Source of the DNA: an uncultured Acidobacteriota bacterium
GTDB taxonomy: Bacteria > Acidobacteriota > Thermoanaerobaculia > Gp7-AA8
DNA length: 64,000 nt
Assembly: GCA_963822445.1 (NCBI GenBank)
Contig: CAWGHO010000003.1
Location: 1,664,001 to 1,728,000, forward strand
Direction: 5' to 3'
Numbering within the stretch: the stretch's first letter is position 1; the number at the start of each line of letters is the position of its first letter. The notes beneath the pieces are model-generated. The model was not told where the DNA came from, made no database searches, and saw only the letters and a list, made by a program, of their open reading frames with translations. The position numbers were made by a program, and so were the translations under genes. Shown piece by piece: positions 37,550-47,941 of this stretch.

Positions 37550-38532
37550 GCTCCCTCGCCCAGCCGCACGCGCGGATCAGCCAGCGCGTAAAGAATGTCC
37601 GCGAGCACGCTGGCCAGCAGCGTGACGATCGCCGTAGCCACGGTCAGCCCCATCACCACGGGATAGTCGCGCGTGAGGATCGCGTCGTAGTACAGCAGGC
37701 CCACGCCGTCCCACTGGAAGATCTGCTCGACAATCACGCTGCCCGAAATGAGGTAGGGAATGGTCAGGCCGAGGAGGGTGATCAGCGGGATGAGGGCGTT
37801 GCGAAAGGCGTGGCGCCACATCACCGCCGCCTCCCCCGCCCCCCGCGCCCGCGCCGCCGTAATGAAATCCGCGCGGATCACCTCGGACAGCGCAGACTTC
37901 GAAAATCGCGCGAAGATCGCCAGTTGCGCGTAGGTCAGCGTGAGCACCGGCAGCACCATGTGCTGCATCCGATCGGCGATGCGCGCGGCCGTTCCGAGCT
38001 CGTAGTAGTCGTCCGAGGTCATCCCGAAGAGCGGGAAGACGTCCATGCGGACGGAGAAGAACTGCATGAGCAGCAGCGCCACCCAGAAACTCGGGAGTGA
38101 GTAGAGAAGAAAGAAGAGGACCGCCGAGGCGCGCTCGATCGGGCGGCCGGATCTCGCGGCGCTCCAGAGACCGATCGGGATTCCCACGACCGCCGCGAGC
38201 AGGAATGCGGCAACATTCAGTTGCAGCGTGTTCGGGAGCTTCTCGAAGATCAGTTCGCGGACGTCGCGGCGCTCGACGATCGAGCGTCCGAAATCGAGTG
38301 AGACCACCCGCCGCACCCAGTGCAGGTACTGGATCGGCAGCGGCTGGTCGAGGTGGTGCTCGCGGCGAATCGCGTCCAGGATCTCAGGCGGAATGGTGTG
38401 GGTACCGGCACGGGCGATGTAGAAGGTGATCGGATCGCCGGGCACGCTGTGGACCAGCGTGAAGGTCGCGATGGTGATGCCGAAGAAAGTCAGGATCGCG
38501 TAGACGAGCCGCCGGATGAGGTAGCGGCCCAT
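37546..38532 (-). CDS. Peptide ABC transporter permease (OppB/DppB)
   Basis: PGDP, LDQPL..QY..W, DFGRS, DFITAARARG, HAFRNAL, RDYPVV, ADPRVR. Confidence 0.93.
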   Translation of the reverse strand: MGRYLIRRLVYAILTFFGITIATFTLVHSVPGDPITFYIARAGTHTIPPEILDAIRREHHLDQPLPIQYLHWVRRVVSLDFGRSIVERRDVRELIFEKLPNTLQLNVAAFLLAAVVGIPIGLWSAARSGRPIERASAVLFFLLYSLPSFWVALLLMQFFSVRMDVFPLFGMTSDDYYELGTAARIADRMQHMVLPVLTLTYAQLAIFARFSKSALSEVIRADFITAARARGAGEAAVMWRHAFRNALIPLITLLGLTIPYLISGSVIVEQIFQWDGVGLLYYDAILTRDYPVVMGLTVATAIVTLLASVLADILYALADPRVRLGEGA

Positions 38533-38533
38533 A

Positions 38534-40168
38534 TCACCGCGGACCGCGGTCCTGCGCGAGCCACCACCCGTGCTCGCCCGGATCCCAGAGGAAGAAGCCG
38601 AAGCCGCGGCTGTTCTGCACGTTCCGCAGCCGCTTGGCCAGCACCCACTTGGCCGAGGATTGAATCATCCACGTGTAGGGCTGATCCTCGGAGAGCACCG
38701 CGTGGAGCTGGTTGTAGATCTCTTTGCGCTTCGATTGATCCAGCTCGCGCCGCCCCGCCTCGATCAGGCGATCGGCCTCGGGATTCGAATAGAACACGAC
38801 GTTCTGACCGCGCGGCGGGATCTGCGACGAGTGGAAGAGCGCGAACGGATCGGGATCGGGATCGAGATCCCATCCGCCGTACATCGCCTCGAAGTTTCCG
38901 GCGAGCAGACGCTGGATGGCGGTGGCGCCGTCGAGAACGACCAGCTCCGCATCCACGCCGACCCGTTTGAGCTCGGCCTGCACCATCTGGGCGAGCTGCT
39001 TGGTCACAGCGTTGCCGGCCATGATGATCAGATCGAACCGGAACGGCTTGCCGCCGCGATCGAGGATGCCGTCCTTGTCGCTGTCGGTCCATCCCGCTTC
39101 CGCGAGCAGCCGGCCGGCCCCATCGGGATCGTAGCGGATCACCGGAACCTCGGGGTTGTACGCCCAGTTGTCCGGCACGAAGTGGCCGCTCATCGCCCGC
39201 GCGGTGCCGTGGTAGAGATCCTTGACGATCGCCTCGATGGGCATGCACATGCTCAGCGCGCGGCGGACCCGCTTGTCTTTGAAGAGCGGGTTGCGGTTGT
39301 TCCAGGCGACGTAGTTGTAATTCAGGCTGTAGAAGCGCTCGAAGTTGAGGGCGTTCTTGTGCGAGGGATTGTTCTGCTCGCGCATCCAGGTGTCGGACGT
39401 GACCAGGGTCTCGTCGATGTCGCCGCGCTTGATCGCGTTCCAGGCCGTGCCGTGATCGATGATGATCTTGAAGATGACGGTCTTGATCCGCGGCCTGGTG
39501 CCCCAGTAGTCGTCGCGGCGCTCCATCACGATCTCGCGGCCCGGATCGCGGCGCACGAGCTTGTACGCGCCGGTGCCGACGGCGATGTTGTTGTAGTCCT
39601 GGCGGAAATTGCCCTTGCCGTAAACGCGCTCGGAAATCGGCAGGACGTCGTTGAAGCGAAGCAGCTGCGAGGCCAGGGCCTGCTTGAAGGCGACCTGCAG
39701 GGTGTGATCGTCGATGGCGCGCGTCTTCGAGAGATCCATCGCCTCGAACGAACCGGCGATCTGCACCGCCTCCGATGCGGGGTCGGCGATCTTGCGGAGC
39801 GTGAACACGACGTCGCTCGCGCGCACGGGCGTGCCGTCTGAGAACGTGGCCTTCTCGTTCAGTTTGAAGGTGTAGAGCAGGCCGTCCTTGGAGATCTCCC
39901 ACTCTTTCGCGAGGCCCGGCGCGGGCCTGAGGTCCTCGTCGATGTGGATCAGCGGCGTGTGGAGGTAGGAGCCGACGTAACGGTCGTACCGGCTGCTGGC
40001 GATGACGGGATTGAGGCCGACGACGTCGGTTTCGAGCCGGCGGTACAGCGTCCCGCCGTCGCGGGGCGTGTCGTCATCGACGGGAACGGCCTGCTGCGTG
40101 ACCTTCTGTTCCGGCGCGCAAGACACCACGAGCACGAGAACGGCGAGCAGCGCGAAGGACCGGCGCAC
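38534..40168 (-). CDS. Peptide ABC transporter substrate-binding lipoprotein (OppA/DppA family)
   Basis: Lipobox VVSC; LAKEWEIS.DG..YTFKL, FSDG.P..A.DV.FT, GTGAYK, DKRVRRA, LL.EAGW.D.D.DG. Confidence 0.92.
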   Translation of the reverse strand: MRRSFALLAVLVLVVSCAPEQKVTQQAVPVDDDTPRDGGTLYRRLETDVVGLNPVIASSRYDRYVGSYLHTPLIHIDEDLRPAPGLAKEWEISKDGLLYTFKLNEKATFSDGTPVRASDVVFTLRKIADPASEAVQIAGSFEAMDLSKTRAIDDHTLQVAFKQALASQLLRFNDVLPISERVYGKGNFRQDYNNIAVGTGAYKLVRRDPGREIVMERRDDYWGTRPRIKTVIFKIIIDHGTAWNAIKRGDIDETLVTSDTWMREQNNPSHKNALNFERFYSLNYNYVAWNNRNPLFKDKRVRRALSMCMPIEAIVKDLYHGTARAMSGHFVPDNWAYNPEVPVIRYDPDGAGRLLAEAGWTDSDKDGILDRGGKPFRFDLIIMAGNAVTKQLAQMVQAELKRVGVDAELVVLDGATAIQRLLAGNFEAMYGGWDLDPDPDPFALFHSSQIPPRGQNVVFYSNPEADRLIEAGRRELDQSKRKEIYNQLHAVLSEDQPYTWMIQSSAKWVLAKRLRNVQNSRGFGFFLWDPGEHGWWLAQDRGPR

Positions 40169-40196
40169 TCCGCGATTATAGCCACGCCCGCGTCCG

Positions 40197-42371
40197 TTAC
40201 CGCAGTGTGATCGACTCCGTGCTCACGTTGAAGAAGCCATCCACCGCCCGGACGATGACGAACTTGCCGTCGACGTCGTTCTTCGGCAGGCGGAACGTCT
40301 CGTCGCGCGAGTCGGCGATTCCGTCGACCGGAATGAGGCGGATCCACTTCTCCGCGTCGGCCGAATACTCGACCTTCCCCACCGGCGAGAGCTCGTCGGT
40401 GATGCGGACCACGACCTCGCTGCCGCTCGAGGAGACGGCGATGGCCGGGGCCTTGTTGTCGATCTGGAACTCGACCCCTTCCTTCGTGTCGGTGAGCGGC
40501 TGCTCGGGATTGTCGGTGGCGTCGCTGGCGACGAGGCGCAGCTCATAACGGCCATCCGGCAACTGGGAGGTGTCGAAGTTGAGCTGCGTCTCTTCCATGT
40601 TCTCGCGCAGGCGGAGCCACTTCTCCTCGCCTTTGCGGCGGAACGAGAGCGTGTAGCGCAGCGCGTCACCGTTCTCGTCTTCGGCGCGCCAGCTCACGGT
40701 GCGGAAGCCCTTGCGGAACATCCGCTTGCCCTGATCGCCCTGGGCGCGCTCGCGGGGGTTGTCGAGACTGGTGAAGATGCCGTACTCGTCGGGATTCGTG
40801 GCCTCGACGACCTGCGGTGCGCTCGGATACGCGGCGCTGATGAAGACCACCGCGGGATCCTGCACGGCGATCGCGGAGATCTCGGGGGCGACGTTGCGAT
40901 TGATGAAAGCCACGGTCACGCCGTCGATGGCCGCATCGGCCGCCGGCTTGGGCATGGTCAGCTTCCACTGGACGTACCGCGCCGCGGGAACGTCGATCTT
41001 TCCCTCGAGGGTGTTCTGGGCGAGCGTCCAGGCGCTCCAGGTCGAATCGGGCGTACGGGTGTTGCCGGAGCGGAAGGCGATGGCCACGTTTCCCGCCGCG
41101 AGATTGCGGCCTTCGATGCGGTAGTTGCCGAAGCGCGAGAAGCGCTCCGCGTCTTTGGCAGCCGAGCGGAACTCCGCGTTCTGCGCGGTGCCGCCTTCCA
41201 TCCGGTAGACCGCACCGCTGTTGGTCGTCGTGATCACCGTCGCGTTTCCGGACGCGTTGATCGAGACGATCTGCTTTTCGGGAACGGCGCCCGCGAGCGC
41301 GATCTCGCCGTCGCGCAGTTCGTAGATCCGGCCGTTCGGGCCGGTGGCGATGAGCACTCCCCCATCGCGGGCGGCGCTGAGCGCGTAGACCATCTCCCGC
41401 TCGAATTTCTGCACGGTCTCGACGAAACCGTCGGGGTTGATGCGGTAGATTTCGGCGCTGCCGCTCTGCGATGCGGCGGATGCACTTTCGTCGAAGGAGA
41501 ATGTCACCTCGACGGCCGTTGCCTCCCCTTCCTTCTTCGCTTCGCCGGAGCCCGACGTCGATTGCTGCTGTTGCTGCTGGCCCGAGCCTTTGGCCGGCTG
41601 GGTCGACTTGGCGGGCGCGCTGCTCGGCAGCACGTTGCTGGCCGCGGAGACCCAGCCGATGCCGTTCGCGTCGACGAAGATCGAGGAGATCTCGTTCAAA
41701 GGAGAGTCGAAGAGCGCATGGGCGGAACCCGTCGCGGAGATTTCGTAGATGCGGCCTTTGCCCGATGCGCCGGCGAGCAGCGTTCCGTTGCCTCGCTCGG
41801 CGAGGGAGCGGATGTGCGTGTCCGGCGCGTCGTACAGCACTTTGCCTTCGCCCTTGGAGTTGACGCGGAAAAGCTGTCCTTCGACGCCGGTCGCCACGGC
41901 GAGATCGCCGCCTTCCAGCGGCTCGAGTGCCCAGATGTAAGCCTGTTTCGGATCGAAGAAGGTCGTGTTCGCGCCGCTTTCGGGATCGACGCGATAGACC
42001 TTGCCGTTCGGCGATGTCCCCGCGAAAACCGCCCCATCCTTGAAAGCCACCGCATAGACCTCGGGCTCGGGAGCGGTGAAGAGCAGTTTCAGATCGCTGC
42101 CGCGGAGACGATAGACCTTCCCGTCGTTGCCCGTGCCGAAGAAGCGATCGCCATTCGGTGCGGAGGTCTGCGAGAGGACGAACGGATCGGTGAACGAGGC
42201 GATCTTGCGAACGCCCGGCGCGAGCCGCAGCTCGCCGCGGGTGTTGACGGCGAAGCCTTCGATCTCACCGGCGAGAAAGTCTTCCGCGGTGGTGACCCGC
42301 CAGAACTGGGGCTGGACCGCGAAAAGGTTGGTTGCTGCGAGGAACACCAGTGCAACAGGGAGAAAACGCAT
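40197..42371 (-). CDS. Secreted beta-propeller + Ig/FN3-like protein (neighbour of S55 peptidase)
   Basis: Signal peptide; repeated GT...GKVYR blades; RSGNT..PD.TWS.W; DG.Y..R..ASD; SD AAGGA before ATG 42371. Confidence 0.75.
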   Translation of the reverse strand: MRFLPVALVFLAATNLFAVQPQFWRVTTAEDFLAGEIEGFAVNTRGELRLAPGVRKIASFTDPFVLSQTSAPNGDRFFGTGNDGKVYRLRGSDLKLLFTAPEPEVYAVAFKDGAVFAGTSPNGKVYRVDPESGANTTFFDPKQAYIWALEPLEGGDLAVATGVEGQLFRVNSKGEGKVLYDAPDTHIRSLAERGNGTLLAGASGKGRIYEISATGSAHALFDSPLNEISSIFVDANGIGWVSAASNVLPSSAPAKSTQPAKGSGQQQQQQSTSGSGEAKKEGEATAVEVTFSFDESASAASQSGSAEIYRINPDGFVETVQKFEREMVYALSAARDGGVLIATGPNGRIYELRDGEIALAGAVPEKQIVSINASGNATVITTTNSGAVYRMEGGTAQNAEFRSAAKDAERFSRFGNYRIEGRNLAAGNVAIAFRSGNTRTPDSTWSAWTLAQNTLEGKIDVPAARYVQWKLTMPKPAADAAIDGVTVAFINRNVAPEISAIAVQDPAVVFISAAYPSAPQVVEATNPDEYGIFTSLDNPRERAQGDQGKRMFRKGFRTVSWRAEDENGDALRYTLSFRRKGEEKWLRLRENMEETQLNFDTSQLPDGRYELRLVASDATDNPEQPLTDTKEGVEFQIDNKAPAIAVSSSGSEVVVRITDELSPVGKVEYSADAEKWIRLIPVDGIADSRDETFRLPKNDVDGKFVIVRAVDGFFNVSTESITLR

Positions 42372-42385
42372 TGGTTCCTTTCGGT

Positions 42386-42454
42386 CGTGTAGTGTGGGCC
42401 TCCGGCCTACCTCTGGGCGGGGCGCGAAGGTAGGCCGGAGGCCCACACTACACG
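42386..42454. repeat. GTAG-type REP doublet (27-bp perfect inverted repeat)
   Basis: CGTGTAGTGTGGGCCTCCGGCCTACCT (42386-42412) and its reverse complement (42428-42454), 15-nt spacer. Confidence 0.88.
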
Positions 42455-44310
42455 TCAGATTGCGGGGCGGACGTCGATGTTGATCTTCAGCGCGCCGTCG
42501 ACGATGTATCCGAGGGGGCGGGCCTGATGACCGGTGGCATGGTACTTCACCGGAGCCTGCGCTCCGTTCGAGGTATCCGCGCTGACCACCGCGCGCATCG
42601 ACGGCGGCAGATTCGGCAGATACACGCCCGAGGTCACCGCACCTTCGCCATTCGAATAGAGGCCGACGGTGAGGTCGGTCGAAGGACGCAGACGCTGCAA
42701 CACGGCCAGCACCTGCTCGAGCGTTCGCGGATCGGGCGGAACGAGCGTGAAGTCGACGGCGTTCATCACCGAGCCGCTGCCGATGAGCAGATACGCCTCG
42801 CCCGCGGGCTGGTCATCGGGGATGCGCACGTCGAACGTTTCGACGAACGACTCGCCGCGATAAGGCTTGAGCACCGTCCGCACTTTGACCGTGTCGCCCG
42901 CTTTGATGCGGCCGTTGTCCGTGCGCACCAGCGCGGCTTCCATCAGTTTCGCGGTGCGGAGCTCGTCGTCGTGGCGCAGGTTCACCTTCACCGACTCGAT
43001 GTCCGCAGCGCGGAACTCATTCGACATCAGGTAACCGGAAACGACGGCGAGATACGCGGGGATGGACTGGCGGGCCTGCTGGCCTGCCCAGCCTTCGCGA
43101 AGGCGGATCGGCTCGAAGCCCTTGATCCGGATCTCGGAGTCGAGCATCACCGTGCGCTCGCCGGCCGCGCGCTGCGCGTTGGCGATCACCGTGTCGGTGG
43201 CCATGGCCAGGATCAACGGCGAGAGATGCGAATGCCGGACGATGTTGACGTTGTAGGTCTGCTCGCCGTTCATGGGTCAGCTCGACCGGAATGAGATCCG
43301 CGGTCTCGCCGAGAACGCCCATGATGCCGGCCGAGCGGTCCTGCCGCAGCGCGCCGACGACGTTGCCGGTGTTCGAGAACTTGAACGAGCGTGGCCATGC
43401 TGGGCAGCACGGTCACGACTTCCGACGTCGCCATCGGGAAGCTGATCTCGCCCATGTCCAGGAAGGGATGGCCGAAGGCGTAAACCTTGTCGCCGTCGAC
43501 GTAAGTCACCGTTCCGCTGGCCGCGACGTTGAAGTCGCCGTTCAGGAGCACCGCGCCGACCGGATCGCCGGGCGCGAAGGTCTTCTTGTTGTTCGACGCA
43601 TTCTTCGCGGACGAGGTCGCGCCCGCGGGCACGGCCACGAATCCGAGGTTGTCGAGATGCGGGGCGAAGCGGGAAATGGTCTCCGGCGCGAAGCTGGAGA
43701 GCGACATCGGCATGGCGATGCGCTTCGCTCCGCTCATCGCGTTCACGGGACGCGACGCGGAGAAGGCGCTCATCAGCTTGTCGAACGCCGCGTCGGTTTT
43801 CTTGTCGGCAAGCGCCTGCAGCAATTCCGCGCCGGTCATCCGCGGGGCGGCGTCCGCGAGCGTGGCGCCGGCCGGCCGCGTGCGGCTGGAGATCTTCAGC
43901 ATCTCGTCGATCGGCGTGATGCCGGCGACGGGCTCTTTCGAGAACTGCCAGGCGTACGCGAGTGCGCCGATGACTTTTCCGTCGACGATGACCGGCGAGC
44001 CGGACATGCCGGCGATGATGCCCGCGCGGCGAACGACCGGTGAGTCGACGCGCGCCAGGATCAGATTCTGCTCGGGGCCGATGTTCTCCAGCACCCCCAG
44101 GATCTCCACCTCGAACCGCTCGACCTCGGTGCCCTCGAAGACGGTCAGGCCGTAGCCCTTCATCCCCTTCTTCACTTCCGAGAGCGGCATCTTTTCAGCG
44201 GTCGCTGCGGGCTGCGCAACCGCGGCAGACGCAAGCGTGACGGAAAACGCCATAGCGAGGACGGTGACCAGAAGCATCAATTTTCGGGTGAGCACGGTCG
44301 AAGTAACCAC
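42455..44310 (-). pseudogene. SpoIVB peptidase S55 domain protein interrupted by two +1 frameshifts (pseudogene or sequencing error)
   Basis: GMKGYGLTVF.G, GIIAGMSGSPV..DGKVIGA, GTVT, AFGHPF; removing one base near 43391 and one near 43274 restores LPSMASSFKFSNTG...QDR.AGI.G..IPVELTMNG. Confidence 0.75.
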
Positions 44311-44346
44311 CTTCCGAGAGGGTTCATTTCGAGGGATGTGCCAGGG

Positions 44347-45561
44347 CTATTCCCAGCGCAGCGCCTCGATCGGGTCGAGCTTCGAAGCCTTGGCCGCGGG
44401 GTAGATTCCGAAGACGATGCCCAGGAGTGCGCAGAAGCTGAACGCGCCGAGGACCGCCCAGAGCGGCGTGTGCACGGCCGGGAACTCGACCCAGCGGCTG
44501 ATGATCAGGCGGGCGATGTTGGCCATCACGAATCCGCCGGCGATTCCCACCAGCCCGCCGAAGCCGGAAAGGACGATGGCCTCGATGAGGAACTGCACGA
44601 GGACGTCCATCCGCCGCGCGCCGATGGATTTGCGGATGCCGATCTCGCGGGTCCGCTCGGTCACGGAGACGAGCATGATGTTCATGATCCCGATACCGCC
44701 GACGAGCAGGGCGATGGCCACGACGCCGCCGAGAATCAGGGTGATCGAGCCGAGGACGCTGGAGAAGATCTTCATCAGCTCTTCCTGGGCCAGGATGCGG
44801 AAGTCGTCCGGTTCCCCTTTCGGGATCCGGTGCCGCGCCCGCAACACCTCCGTGACCTGTTCCTTGGCGAGCTCGAGGTCCGCGCCGTCTTCCATCTGAA
44901 AGGCGAGCACGAGCGTGCGCATGTTCTCGCTGCCGAAGATGACCACGGCCGTGGCGAAGGGGATGAGGATGACGTCGTCCTGGTTGCCGCCGAGGGTCCC
45001 GCCTTTTTTCTCGAGCACGCCGACGACGGTGAAGGTGTCGGTGTTGACCTGAATCAGCTTGCCGATGGGATTGCTGCCCAGCTCGAGCCGCTCGATGACC
45101 TCCACTCCGACGACGCAGACGCGCTTCTTCTGCTCTTCATCGACGGGAGTGAAGAAACGGCCGCGATCGACCCAGTGATTGAGGATGTCCGGATACGACC
45201 GCGCGACCGCGTAGAGCTGCACCGAATGCCGCGCGTCCGCATGCTTGAGCTGCACGCTGGAGATGAAGATCGGCGAGAAATCGCGAATGGCCGTCGTCTG
45301 CCGCCGCACCGCCAGCGCGTCGTCGATGGTGAGCTCCGGCGTCTTGAACGGATTGCGCCGATCGCCCTGCGGAAAGACCTCGATGAACCCCCCGCCGATG
45401 GAGTTGAGATCCCCGGAGATCTTCTTCTGAAACCCCTGAACGATCGACACCACGGCGATGACCGCGGCCACGCCGATCATGACACCCAGGACCGTCAATA
45501 CGCTCCGCATTTTGTTCGCGCGGATGGCGGATAAGGCGATTTTTAGGTTTTCTAGCAACAT
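44347..45561 (-). CDS. MacB/FtsX-like ABC transporter permease
   Basis: NKMRSVLTVLGVMIGV, GGIGIMNIMLVSVTERTREIGIRK, YPA.KA.KLDPIEALR. Confidence 0.95.
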   Translation of the reverse strand: MLLENLKIALSAIRANKMRSVLTVLGVMIGVAAVIAVVSIVQGFQKKISGDLNSIGGGFIEVFPQGDRRNPFKTPELTIDDALAVRRQTTAIRDFSPIFISSVQLKHADARHSVQLYAVARSYPDILNHWVDRGRFFTPVDEEQKKRVCVVGVEVIERLELGSNPIGKLIQVNTDTFTVVGVLEKKGGTLGGNQDDVILIPFATAVVIFGSENMRTLVLAFQMEDGADLELAKEQVTEVLRARHRIPKGEPDDFRILAQEELMKIFSSVLGSITLILGGVVAIALLVGGIGIMNIMLVSVTERTREIGIRKSIGARRMDVLVQFLIEAIVLSGFGGLVGIAGGFVMANIARLIISRWVEFPAVHTPLWAVLGAFSFCALLGIVFGIYPAAKASKLDPIEALRWE

Positions 45562-45591
45562 AGGGACGAGGTTCGAGGGACGAGGTACGAG
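45562..45591. repeat. 7-mer tandem repeat arm (AGGGACG-like x4) downstream of the four-helix-bundle gene
   Basis: AGGGACG AGGTTCG AGGGACG AGGTACG AG; complementary to 45977-46000. Confidence 0.88.
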
Positions 45592-45594
45592 TGG

Positions 45595-45975
45595 TCAGCG
45601 TTTGGACGGTGGACGCTGCGTTGCGACTTTTGCGCGGAGGCCGCCGATTACCCGGCCCACTTCCTCGGAATTCGAGAGCATCGTTTTGTAGACCGCGTCG
45701 TCGATGTATTCGAGGCGATGCGCGAGGTGAACGTACGTCGCCAACTCCGCGCACGAGCCTTTCGCGATCGAGAGGAACCGATGGAACTCCGCGCGACTCC
45801 CGCGATCGAAGCCTTCGGCGATGTTGGCGGGCATCGAGATCGCGGCGCTGTGCACCTGGTTGCTCAGCGCGAAGTCGCGGCTGAGCGGTCGCTTTCTGGT
45901 CATCCGGTACGCGTCAACAGCGAGATCCATTGCCTTTTGCCACGCGATCAGTTCCTCGAATCGCTGGATCTTCAT
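45595..45975 (-). CDS. Four-helix-bundle protein (23S rRNA IVP / TIGR02436 / Avd-like family)
   Basis: FEELIAWQKA, L..Q...AA.S...NIAEG..R....EF..FL.IAKGS..EL, L.YI. Confidence 0.93.
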   Translation of the reverse strand: MKIQRFEELIAWQKAMDLAVDAYRMTRKRPLSRDFALSNQVHSAAISMPANIAEGFDRGSRAEFHRFLSIAKGSCAELATYVHLAHRLEYIDDAVYKTMLSNSEEVGRVIGGLRAKVATQRPPSKR

Positions 45976-45976
45976 A

Positions 45977-46000
45977 CTCGTCCCTCGTCCCTCGTACCTC
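45977..46000. repeat. 7-mer tandem repeat arm (CTCGTCC-like x3) upstream of the four-helix-bundle gene
   Basis: CTCGTCC CTCGTCC CTCGTAC CTC; on the minus strand reads GAGGTACGAGGGACGAGGGACGAG just before the ATG. Confidence 0.88.
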
Positions 46001-46004
46001 TTAC

Positions 46005-46697
46005 CTAAACCACCTTGCCATCCCGTAACCGAATGACCCTCGCCGCTTCCTTAGCCACATCATCTTCATGCGTGACCATGATGATCGAGTTGCCGCGGGT
46101 GTGGAGCTCGTGGAAGAGGTCGAGGATTTCGCGGCCGGTCTGGGAGTCGAGGTTGCCGGTCGGTTCGTCGGCGAGGAGGAGGGAGGGCTTGTTCACGAGG
46201 GCGCGGGCGATGGCGACGCGCTGGCGTTGGCCGCCGGAGAGCTCGTTCGGCTGGTGGGACATGCGGTCTTTCAGGCCGACGGCGGTCAGCGCTTCTTCAG
46301 CGAGCTGGCGGCGTTCCACGCGCGGGATCTTCGCGTAGACCAGGGGCAGCTCGACGTTCTGCAGCGCCGTCGTGCGCGCGAGCAAGTTGAAGGTCTGGAA
46401 GACGAAGCCGATCTTCTTGTTGCGGATCGCCGCCAGCTCGTCGTCGTTCAGCGTCTCGACCGGCACTCCGTCGAGCAGGTACTGGCCGGACGACGGCGTG
46501 TCGAGGCAGCCGACCACGTTCATCAGCGTCGACTTGCCCGAGCCCGACGGGCCCATGATCGCGACGTACTCGCCGGGATCGATGGTCAGGTTGATTCCGC
46601 GCAGGGCGAAGATCTGCTGCGGACCGAGGTCGTAGACCCGGGTCAGCTCTTTCATCTCGATCAGGTGGTGGTGCTCGGGCTCAGGAAGCGCGCTCAT
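46005..46697 (-). CDS. ABC transporter ATP-binding protein (MacB/LolD-like)
   Basis: [45 protein letters not shown]. Confidence 0.96.
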   Translation of the reverse strand: MSALPEPEHHHLIEMKELTRVYDLGPQQIFALRGINLTIDPGEYVAIMGPSGSGKSTLMNVVGCLDTPSSGQYLLDGVPVETLNDDELAAIRNKKIGFVFQTFNLLARTTALQNVELPLVYAKIPRVERRQLAEEALTAVGLKDRMSHQPNELSGGQRQRVAIARALVNKPSLLLADEPTGNLDSQTGREILDLFHELHTRGNSIIMVTHEDDVAKEAARVIRLRDGKVV

Positions 46698-47941
46698 TTG
46701 TCATCCTCGTCTTTGTCGTCTTTGTCTTTCTTCTTCGACGACTTCTTCGTTTCTTTCGTCACTACGATCTTCTCTTCGTCATCCAGCTCGCGGAGCGTGC
46801 GGAACGGCCCGGTGATGACCGGATCGCCGGGCTTCACGCCCGACAGCACCACCACGTGGGTGGCGTCGCTGATCCCGGTCATCACTTCGACCTGCCTGAC
46901 CTTCTCTTTGCCGGCCAGCAGGACGTACTTCTTTTTCGGCTTGTCGTCATCGTCATCGTCGCCCGCTTTCGCACCCGGCACGCGCTCCACGACGGCCTGG
47001 ATCGGGACGACCGTCGCGTTCGGCGCGGTGCTGGTCACGATCGAGACCTGCGAGGTCATGCCCGGGCGCAGACGGTCATCGGCGTTGTCGATGGCCACCT
47101 TCACCTTGAAGTAGCGGATGCCCGAGCCGGCGCCCTGACGGACCGCGGCGGAGCTGCCGATCTCCACGACCCGGCCGCGGTAGTCGCGGTCCGGAATCGC
47201 GTCGACCTTGATCTTCGCCTGCTGATTGATTCGGACGCCGACGACTTCGGTTTCGCCGACCTCGGCCTCGACCAGGATCTGTGACAGGTCGGCGATCACG
47301 GCGATGACCGAGCCAGGGTTGTTCATCGTCCCGGTCACGACCACTTCCCCTTCGTGCGCGTTGAGCTGCACGACTTTGCCGTCGATCGGAGAAACGATGG
47401 TCGTCCGCGAGAGGTCTTCCGCCGCCTGACGCAACCCCGCCTCGGCCTGCGTGACGCCGAGGCGTGCCGCGTCCAGCGCGGCGGTGGCGTTGTCGTGGGC
47501 CATGCGGGCCTGGTCGAACAGCTCCTGGGCCTGAATCCCCTGCTTGCTCAGATTCTGTGCGCGCTGATAGGCGGCGTTCGCGGTTGCCAGCGCGGCCTGC
47601 GCGCGCCGGACTTCCACGCGGCGGCTGGACAACTCCGCACTGAGGCGGTCGCGCTGGCCGACGTAAATGAACTTCTCCAGATCGACCAGCCGCTGGCCGC
47701 GCTTCACCGTGTCGCCTTCGAGGAAATACAGCTTCTCGATCTTGCCGACGATGTGGGCGCTGATGTTGACCTTCACCTTCGGATCGATCTGCCCCGGCGC
47801 GTTGACGACGGCCTCGATGGTTTTCGTGGCGGCGGGCTCGACGTAGACCTTTTCGCCTTTCGGCCCGCCGCCTTTGATGCTCGCCAGGACGATGGCCGCG
47901 ATGACGACCACGGCCCCGGCGATGATCAACCCACGTTTCAC
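46694..47941 (-). CDS. Efflux periplasmic adaptor (MacA-like MFP)
   Basis: N-terminal TM helix; G.I.KL...EGD.VK.GQ.L, SPIDG.V, LRPGMT. Confidence 0.92.
   Translation of the reverse strand: MKRGLIIAGAVVVIAAIVLASIKGGGPKGEKVYVEPAATKTIEAVVNAPGQIDPKVKVNISAHIVGKIEKLYFLEGDTVKRGQRLVDLEKFIYVGQRDRLSAELSSRRVEVRRAQAALATANAAYQRAQNLSKQGIQAQELFDQARMAHDNATAALDAARLGVTQAEAGLRQAAEDLSRTTIVSPIDGKVVQLNAHEGEVVVTGTMNNPGSVIAVIADLSQILVEAEVGETEVVGVRINQQAKIKVDAIPDRDYRGRVVEIGSSAAVRQGAGSGIRYFKVKVAIDNADDRLRPGMTSQVSIVTSTAPNATVVPIQAVVERVPGAKAGDDDDDDKPKKKYVLLAGKEKVRQVEVMTGISDATHVVVLSGVKPGDPVITGPFRTLRELDDEEKIVVTKETKKSSKKKDKDDKDEDDK

Noticed and set aside
41563-41580. Poly-Gln tract (CAG/CAA) in the propeller protein
   Set aside because: A short low-complexity linker, in frame; no sign of phase variation.
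44318-44343. TGGCAC on the minus strand upstream of the S55 gene as a sigma-54 site
   Set aside because: It lacks the conserved -12 GC.
45595-45975. Four-helix-bundle gene as the Avd of a diversity-generating retroelement
   Set aside because: No reverse transcriptase and no template/variable repeat pair were seen in the window.
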